The position numbers and the translations under genes were made by a program. Positions 56,201 to 64,000 of a stretch of 64,000 nucleotides of DNA are shown here, piece after piece (the first letter of the stretch is position 1; every line of letters starts with the position of its first letter). Source of the stretch: the human T2T-CHM13v2.0 reference genome, Homo sapiens; the NCBI RefSeq assembly GCF_009914755.1, contig NC_060933.1; one strand, written 5' to 3'. Under the pieces are notes generated by a model. That model saw only the letters and a list, made by a program, of their open reading frames with translations. It did no database searches and was not told the DNA's origin.

Positions 56201-59200
56201 TTCCGTTCCATTCTATTCTATTCGGGTTAATTCCATTCCATTCCATTCCACTCCATTCCATTCCATTCTATTCGGGTTAATTCCATTCCATAACATTCCA
56301 TTCCATTCCATTCCATTCCAATCGAGTTGATTCCATTCCATTCCATTCCATTTCACTCAATTCCAGTCCTTTCCATTCCATTCCACTCGGGTTGATTCCA
56401 TTCTATTCCTTTCCATTCCATTCCATTCCATTGCAATCGAGTTGATTCCATTGCTTTGCATTCCATTCCATTCCATTCCATTCCGGATGATTCCTTTCCA
56501 TTGCATTCCATTCCATTCCATTCCCCTGCACTCGGGTTGATTCCATTCCATTCCACTCCATTCCATTGCATTCCATTCCATTCCATTGTATTCGGGTTGA
56601 TTCCATTGCATTCCTTTCCATTCCATTCCATTCCATTCCATTCCATTACAATAGAGTTGATTCCATTCCATTCGATTCCATTCCAGTGCTTTCCATTCCA
56701 TTCCACTCGGGTTGATTCCATTCTATTAGTTTCCATTCCATTCCATTCCCTTCCATTCCACTCTGGTTGATTCCATTCCTTTCCATTCCACTCGAATACA
56801 TTCCCTCCTATTCCACTCGGAACGATTCCATTCCATTCCATTCCATTCCATTCCATTCCATTCCATTTCGTTCCATTCCATTCTATTCCGTACCATTCCA
56901 TTCCATTCCATTCCATTCCATTCCATTCCACTCGTGTTGATTCCATTGCTTTCCATTCCATTCGGTTTGAAGGCATTCCATTCCATTCAATTCCATTCCA
57001 TTCCATTCCATTCCATTCCATTCCATTCCATTCCATTCCATTCCATTGTACTCGGGTTGATTCAATTCCACTGCATTCCATTCCATTCCATTCCGTTGCA
57101 TTCCATTCCATTTCATTCGGATTGATTGTATTCAAATCCCTTACTCTTCATTACATTCCATTCCATTCGGGTTGTTCCATTCCATTCCATTCCATTCCAT
57201 TCCATTCCATTCCATACCATTCCATTCCATTCCATTCCATTCCATTCCGTTCCATTCCGTTCCATTCCATTCCATTCCATTCTATTCGGGTTAATTCCAT
57301 TCCATTCCATTCCATTCCATTCCACTCTATTCGGGTTAATTCCATTCCATTCCATTCGATTGCAATCGAGTTGATTCCATTCCATTCCATTCCATTCCAT
57401 TCCATTCCTTTCCCCTGTACTCGGGTTGATTCCATTCCATTCCATTCCAATCCACGCCATTCCACTCGTGTTGATTCCATTCTTTCCTTTCCATTCAAGA
57501 TGAATCCATTCCATTGCATTCCATTCCATTCGATTCCATTCGTTTGCACTCGTGTTGATTCCATGGCATTGCATTCCATTCCATTCCATTCCATTCCATT
57601 CCATTCCATTCCATTCCTTTCCATTCCATTCCATTTCATTCGGATTCATTCTATTCAATTCCCTTACACTCCATTACATTCCATTCCATTCCGGTTGTTC
57701 CATTCCATTCCATTCCATTCCACTCCATTCCATTGCACTGGGGTTGATTCCATTCCATTCCTTTCCATTCCATTCCATTCCATTCCGGATGATTCCATTC
57801 CATTGCATTCCGTTCCATTCCATTCCCCTGCAGTCGCGTTGATTCCATTCCATTCCATTCCATTCCATTCCATTCCATTCCATTCCATTGTACTCGGGTT
57901 GATTCCATTCCATTGCATTCCATTCCATTCCATTCCATTCCATTCCATTCCATTCCGTTGCTTTCCATTCCATTACATTCGGATTGATTCTATTCAACTC
58001 CCTTACTCTCCATTACATTCCATTCCATTCGGGTTCTTCCATTCCATTCCATTCCATTCCACTCCATTCCATTGCACTCGGGTTGATTCCATTCCATTCC
58101 ATTCCATTCCATTCATTCCGGATGATTCCATTCCATTGCATTCCGTTCCATTACATTCCCCTGCACTCGCGTTGATTCCATTCCATTCCATTCCATTCCA
58201 TTCAATTCCATTCCATTACAATTCGTTCCATTCCATTCTATTCCGTACCATTCCATTCCATTCCATACCATTCCATTCCATTCCATTCCATTCCATTCCG
58301 TTCCATTCCGTTCCATTCCATTCCATTCCATTCTATTCGGGTTAATTCCATTCCATTCCATTCCGTTCCATTCCATTCCATTCCATTCCATTGCATTCCA
58401 TTCCGGTCCATTCCGTTCCATTCCATTCCATTCCATTCTATTCGGGTTAATTCCATTCCATTCCATTCCATTCCATTCCATTCTATTCCATTCCACTGCA
58501 ATCGAGTTGAATCCATTGCATTTCATTCCATTCCATTCCATTCCATTCCAATCAAGTTGATTCCATTCCATTCCTTTCCATTCCATTCCATTCCATTCCA
58601 TTACAATCGAGTTGATTCCATTCCATTCCATTCCATTCCAGTCCTTTCCATTCCATTCCACTCGGGTTGATTCCATTCCATTGCATTCCATTCCATTCCA
58701 TTTCATTCCATTCCATTCCTTTCCATTCCATTCCATTCCATTGCAATCGGGTTGATTCCACTCCATTCCTTTCCATTCCATTCCATTGCCTTGCATTCTA
58801 CTCGGGTTGATTCCATTCCCTTCTTTCCACTCCATTACATTCCCTTCCATTCCACTCAGAATGATTGATTCCATTCCATTGCATTCCATTTCATTCCATT
58901 GCAATCCATTCCAATCCATTCCATTCCATTCCATTCCACTCGAGTTGATTTCATTCCATTCCTTTCCATTCCATTCCATTCCTTTCCACTCGAGTTGATT
59001 CCATTCCATTCCATTCCATTGCATTCCATTCCATGCCATTCCACTCGGGTTGATTCCATTCCATTCCATTCCGTTCCATTCCATTCCATTCCATTCCATT
59101 CCATTCCATTCCATTCCATTCCTTTCCCCTGCACTCGGGTTGATTCCATTCCTTTCCATTCCATTTAATTCCATTCCATTCCATTCCATTCCATTCCAAT

Positions 59201-59531
59201 CCGTTCCATTCCATTCCATTCTATTCCATTGCAATCGACTTGATTCCATTCCATTCCATTCCATTCCATTCCATTCCATTCCATTCCATTTTGTTCCAAT
59301 CCATTCTATTCCGAACCATTCCATTCCAATCCATTCCATTCCATTCCATTCCATTCCATGCCATTCCACTCGGGTTGATTCCATTCCTTTCCATTCCATT
59401 CGGGTTGAATCCATTCCACTCCATTCCATTCCATTCGAATCCATTCCATTGCACTCGGGTTGATTCCATTCCATTCCATTCCATTCGATTCCATTCCATT
59501 CCATTCCATTCCGTTCCATTCCATTTCATTA
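50269..59531 (+). repeat. 9.26 kb variant HOR with ~1.8 kb extra segment
   Basis: HOR order holds, but the GGTTTGAAGGC...GATTGTATTCAAATCCC module is present twice (55171/55326 and 56964/57124), flanking a diverged insert. Confidence 0.75.
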
Positions 59532-62500
59532 CATTCAGATTGATTCTATTCAATTCCATTACACTCCATTATATTCCAATCCATTCTGGTTGTTTCCATT
59601 CCATTCCATTCCATTTCACTCCATTCCATTGCACTCGGTTTGATTCCATTCCATTCCATTCCATTCCATTCCATTCCGGATGATTCCATTGCATTGCATT
59701 CCATTCCATTCCATTCCCCTGCACTCAGGTTGATTCCATTCCATTCCATTCCACTCCATTCGGTTCTGTTCCATTCCATTCTATTGCATTCCATTCTATT
59801 CGGGTTAATTCCATTCCATTCTATTCCATTCCATTCCATTCCATTCCATTGCAATGGAGTTGATTCCATTCCATTCCATTCCATTCCGGATGATTCCATT
59901 CCATTGCATTCCATTCCATTCCATTACCCTGCACTCGTGTTGATTCCATTACCTTCCATTCCATTCCATTCCGTTCCATTCCATTGCATTCCATTCTATT
60001 CCGGTTAATTCCATTCCATTCCGTTCCATTCCATTCCATTCCATTCCATTGTAATCGAGTTGATTCCACTCCATTCCTTTCCATTCCATTCCATTGCCTT
60101 GCATTCCCATCGGGTTGATTCCATTCCCTTCTTTCCACTCCATTACATTCCCTTCCATTCCACTCGGAATGATTGATTCCATTCCATTCCATTCCATTTC
60201 ATTCCGTTGCAATCCATTCCAATCCATTCCATTCCATTCCATTCCACTCGAGTTGATTTCCTTCCATTCCTTTCCATTCCATTAAATTCCTTTCCACTCG
60301 AGTTGATTCCATTCCCTTCCATTCCATTGCATTCCTTTCCTTGCCATTCAACTCGGGTTGATTCCATTCCTTTGCATTCCATTCCATTCCATTCCATTCC
60401 ATTCCATTCCATTCCATTCCGTTGCATTCCATTCCATTACATTCGGATTGATTCTATTCAACTCACTTACTCTCCATTACATTCCATTCCATTCGGGTTG
60501 TTCCATTCCATTGCATTCCATTCCACTCCATTCCATTGCACTCGGGTTGATTCCATTCCATTCCATTCCATTCCATTCCATTCCGGATGATTCCATTCCA
60601 TTGCATTCCGTTCCATTACATTCCCCTGCACTCGCGTTGATTCCATTCCATTCCATTCCATTCCATTCAATTCCATTCCATTACAATTCGTTCCATTCCA
60701 TTCTATTCCGTACCATTCCATTCCATTCCATACCATTCCATTCCATTCCATTCCATTCCATTCCATTCCATTCCGTTCCATTCCGTTCCATTCCATTCCA
60801 TTCCATTCCATTCTATTCGGGTTAATTCCATTCCATTCCATTCCATTCCATTCTATTCCATTCCATTGCAATCGAGTTGAATCCATTGCATTTCATTCCA
60901 TTCCATTCCATTCCATTCCATTCCGGAAGTTTCCATTCCATTGCATTCCATTCCATTCCATTCCCCTGCACTCGCGTTGATTCCATTCCGTTCCATTCCA
61001 TTCCATTCCATTCCATTCCATTCCGTTCCGTTCCGTTCCGTTCCTTTCCATTCCATTCCATTCCATTCCATTCCATTCCATTCCGTTCCGTTCCATTCCA
61101 TTCCATTCCATTCTATTCGGGTTAATTCCATTCCATTCCATTCGATTGCAATCGTGTTGATTCCATTCCATTCCATTCCATTCCATTCCATTCCATTCCA
61201 TTCCATTCCTTTCCATTCCATTACGGATGATTCCATTCCATTGCATTCCATTCCATTCCATTCCCCTGTACTCGGGTTGATTCCATTCCATTGCATTCCA
61301 ATCCATGCCCTTCCACTCGTGTTGATTCCATTATTTCCATTCCATTCTAGTTGAATCCATTCCATTGCATTCCATTTCATTCGATTCCATTCGATTGCAC
61401 TCAGGTTGATTCCATTCCATTGCATTCCATTCCATTCCATTCCGTTCCATTCCATTCCATTACATTCGGATTGATTCTATTCAATTCCCTTACACTCCAT
61501 TATATTCCATTCCATTCGGGTTGATTCCATTCCATTCCATTCCATTCCATTCCATTCCATTACAATCGAGTTGATTCCATTCCATGCCATTCCATTCCAG
61601 TCCTTTCCATTCCATTCCACTAGGGTTGATTCCATTCTATTAGTTTCCATTCCATTCCATTCCCTTCCATTCCACTCTGGTTGATTCCATTCCTTTCCAT
61701 TCCACTCGAATACATTCCCTCCTAATCCACTCGGAACGATTCCATTCCATTCCATTCCATTCCATTCCATTCCATTCCATTCCATTCCATTCCATTTCGT
61801 TCCATTCCATTCTATTCCGTATCATTCCATTCCATTCCATTCCATTCCATTCCATTCCATTCCATTCCATTGTACTCGGGTTGATTCCATTCCATTCCAT
61901 TCCATTCCATTCGATTCCATTCCATTCCCCTGCACTCGCGTTGATTCCATTCCTTTCCATACCATTCCATTCCATTCCATTCCATTCCTTTCCATTCCAT
62001 TCCTTTCCATTCCAGTCCTTTCCATTCCATTCCACTCGGGTTGATTCCATTCTATTAGTTTCTATTCCATTCCATTCCCTTCCATTCCACTCTGGTTGAT
62101 TCCATTCCTTTCCATTCCACTCGAATACATTCCCTCCTATTCCACTCGGAACGATTCCATTCCATTCCATTCCACTCCATTCCATTCCATTCCATTCCAT
62201 TCCATTTCGTTGCATTCCATTCTATTCCGTATCATTCCATTCCATTCCATTCCATTCCATTCCATTCCATTCCACTCGTGTTGATTCCATTCCTTTCCAT
62301 TCCATTCGGTTTGAAGGCATTCCATTCCATTCCATTCCATTCCATTCCATTCCATTCCATTCAATTGTACTCGCGTTGATTCCATTCCATTGCATTCCAT
62401 TCCATTCCATTCCATTCCATTCCGTTGCATTCCATTCCATTACATTCGGATTGATTCTATTCAACTCCCTTACTCTCCATTACATTCCATTCCATTCGGG

Positions 62501-64000
62501 TTGTTCCATTCCATTCCATTCCATTCCACTCCATTCCATGGCAGTCGGTTTGATTCCATTCCATTCCATTCCATTCCATTCCATTCCATTACGGATGATT
62601 CCATTCCATTGCATTCCGTTCCATTACATTCCCCTGCACTCGCGTTAATTCCATTCCATTCCATTCCATTCCATTCAATTCCATTCCATTACAATTCGTT
62701 CCATTCCATTCTATTCCGTACCATTCCATTCCGTTCCATACCATTCCATTCCATTCCATTCCATTCCATTCCGTTCCATTCCGTTCCATTCCATTCCATT
62801 CCATTCTATTCGGGTTAATTCCATTCCATTCCATTCCATTCCATTCCATTCTATTCCATTCCATTGCAATCGAATTGAATCCATTGCATTTCATTGCATT
62901 CCATTCCATTCCATTCCAATCCGGAAGATTCCATTCCATTGCATTCTATTCCATTCCATTCCCCTGCACTCACGTTGATTCCATTCCATTCCATTCCATT
63001 CCATTCAATTCCATTCCATTCCGTTCCGTTCCGTTCCATTCCATTCCATTCCATTCCATTCCGTTCCGTTCCATTCCATTCCATTCCATTCTATTCGGGT
63101 TAATTCCATTCCATTCCATTCGATTGCAATCGACTTGATTCCATTCCATTCCATTCCATTCCATTCCATTCCATTCCATTCCTTTCCATTCCATTACGGA
63201 TGATTCCATTCCATTGCATTCCATTCCATTCCATTCACCTGTACTCGGGTTGATTCCATTCCATTCCATTCCAATCCTTGCCATTCCACTCGTGTTGATT
63301 CCATTCTTTCCATTCCATTCAAGTTGAATACATTCCATTGCATTCCATTCCAATCGATTCCATTCGATTGCACTCAGGTTGATTCCATTCCATTGCATTC
63401 CATTCCATTCCATTCCATTCCATTCCATTCCGTTCCATTCCATTCCATTACATTCGGATTGATTCTATTCAATTCCCTTACACTCCATTACATTCCATTC
63501 CATTCGGGTAGTTTCCAATCCATTCCATTCCATTCCTCTCCATTCCATTGCACTCGGGTTGATTCCATTCCATTGCATTCCATTCCATTCCATTCAATTC
63601 CATTCCGTTCCATTCCATTCCATTACATTCGGATTGATTCTATTCAACTCCCTTACTCTCCATTACATTTGATTCCATTCGGGTTGTTCCATTCCATTCC
63701 ATTCCATTCCACTGCATTCCATTGCACTCGGGTTGATTCCATTCCATTCCATTCCATTCCGGAAGATTCCATTCCATTACATTCCATTACATTCCATTCC
63801 CCTGCACTCGCGTTGATTCCATTCCATTCCATTCCATTCCATTCCTTTCCGTTCCATTCCATTCCATTCCATTCCATTCCATTCCGTTCCGTTCCGTTCC
63901 GTTCCATTCCATTCCATTCTATTCGGGTTAATTCCATTCCATTCCATTCGATTGCAATCGAGTTGATTCCATTCCATTCCATTCCATTCCATTCCATTCC
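59532..64000 (+). repeat. HOR copy truncated by window end; near-identical to 22516-26980
   Basis: Identical pseudo-ORFs occur at ~37,016-37,026 offset (23342/60358, 24614/61640, 25070/62096), with shared private variants. Confidence 0.85.

Larger units (their letters stand above)
1..64000 (+). repeat. Human Satellite III (HSat3) pericentromeric array, (CATTC)n on + strand; probably chr9q12 HSat3B5-type
   Basis: Continuous ATTCC pentamers interspersed every ~30-100 bp with ACTCGGGTTG/ATTCGGGTTA/ATCGAGTTG-type decamers, the classical Sat III signature. The dense CATTCGATTC/ATGATG pattern of HSat2 is absent. Orientation is single throughout. The family call is secure; the chromosome assignment is inferred from the pHuR98-like module and the ~8 kb period. 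Confidence 0.97.
1..64000 (-). ncRNA. Potential template for stress-induced G-rich (GGAAU)n SatIII/HSATIII lncRNA; no boundaries definable
   Basis: Established knowledge: Sat III arrays, chiefly 9q12, are transcribed by Pol II into mainly G-rich transcripts after heat shock. The sequence alone cannot show that this particular window is transcribed. Confidence 0.3.

Noticed and set aside
58113-59519. 468 aa minus-strand ORF and all other MEWNG-repeat ORFs
   Set aside because: (GGAAT)n has no stop codon in any frame and supplies an ATG every 5 nt. The ORFs overlap in all frames, have no domain content, and their lengths change with pentamer copy number between homologous HOR copies.
1-64000. 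CRISPR-like repeat/spacer appearance (recurring TCGGGTTGATTCC with variable intervals)
   Set aside because: The intervals are satellite pentamers, not unique spacers, and there are no cas genes or leader. The sequence is a primate satellite.
1-64000. Inversion or embedded transposon (Alu/L1/ERV)
   Set aside because: The + strand is C-rich throughout with no GGAAT tract, poly(A), target-site duplication or non-satellite stretch.
1-64000. HSat2 or DYZ1 (Yq12, ~3.6 kb) identity
   Set aside because: It lacks the HSat2 CATTCGATTC/GATGAT-dominated unit, and no 3.6 kb or 1.8 kb master period is visible. The dominant period is ~8 kb.

Overview
The whole 64 kb window is one uninterrupted array of human-type Satellite III (HSat3). 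The + strand is C-rich (CATTC/ATTCC)n, the - strand is (GGAAT)n, and the array is punctuated by the diagnostic A(C/T)TCGGGTTG decamer. Recurrent ~145 bp modules resemble my recollection of the chromosome 9 clone pHuR98, which suggests the 9q12 HSat3B5 array (inference, needs mapping). I see no credible gene, transposon, tRNA/rRNA, CRISPR array or inversion. All ORFs in the track are artefacts of stop-free pentamer translation (MEWNG/FHSIP). The real structure is: (1) an ~8 kb higher-order repeat (HOR) with three full copies (7875, 7980, 8000 bp) and rearranged copies (8.6, 11.1, 9.3 kb); (2) long-range duplications at offsets of ~19.75, ~32.45 and ~37.02 kb, identified by shared private variants; (3) deletion junctions falling inside one recurrent ~65 bp core module; (4) ~114 pentamer register shifts that all go in the same direction; (5) ~34 perfect heat-shock elements (aTTCcgGAAgaTTCc), one class of which is also an ETS and TonE/NF-kB-like site. 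I found no evidence of a novel coding system. The best candidates for undescribed biology are the periodic transcription-factor-site grammar and the module-guided recombination. All counts and coordinates were read by eye and should be recomputed.
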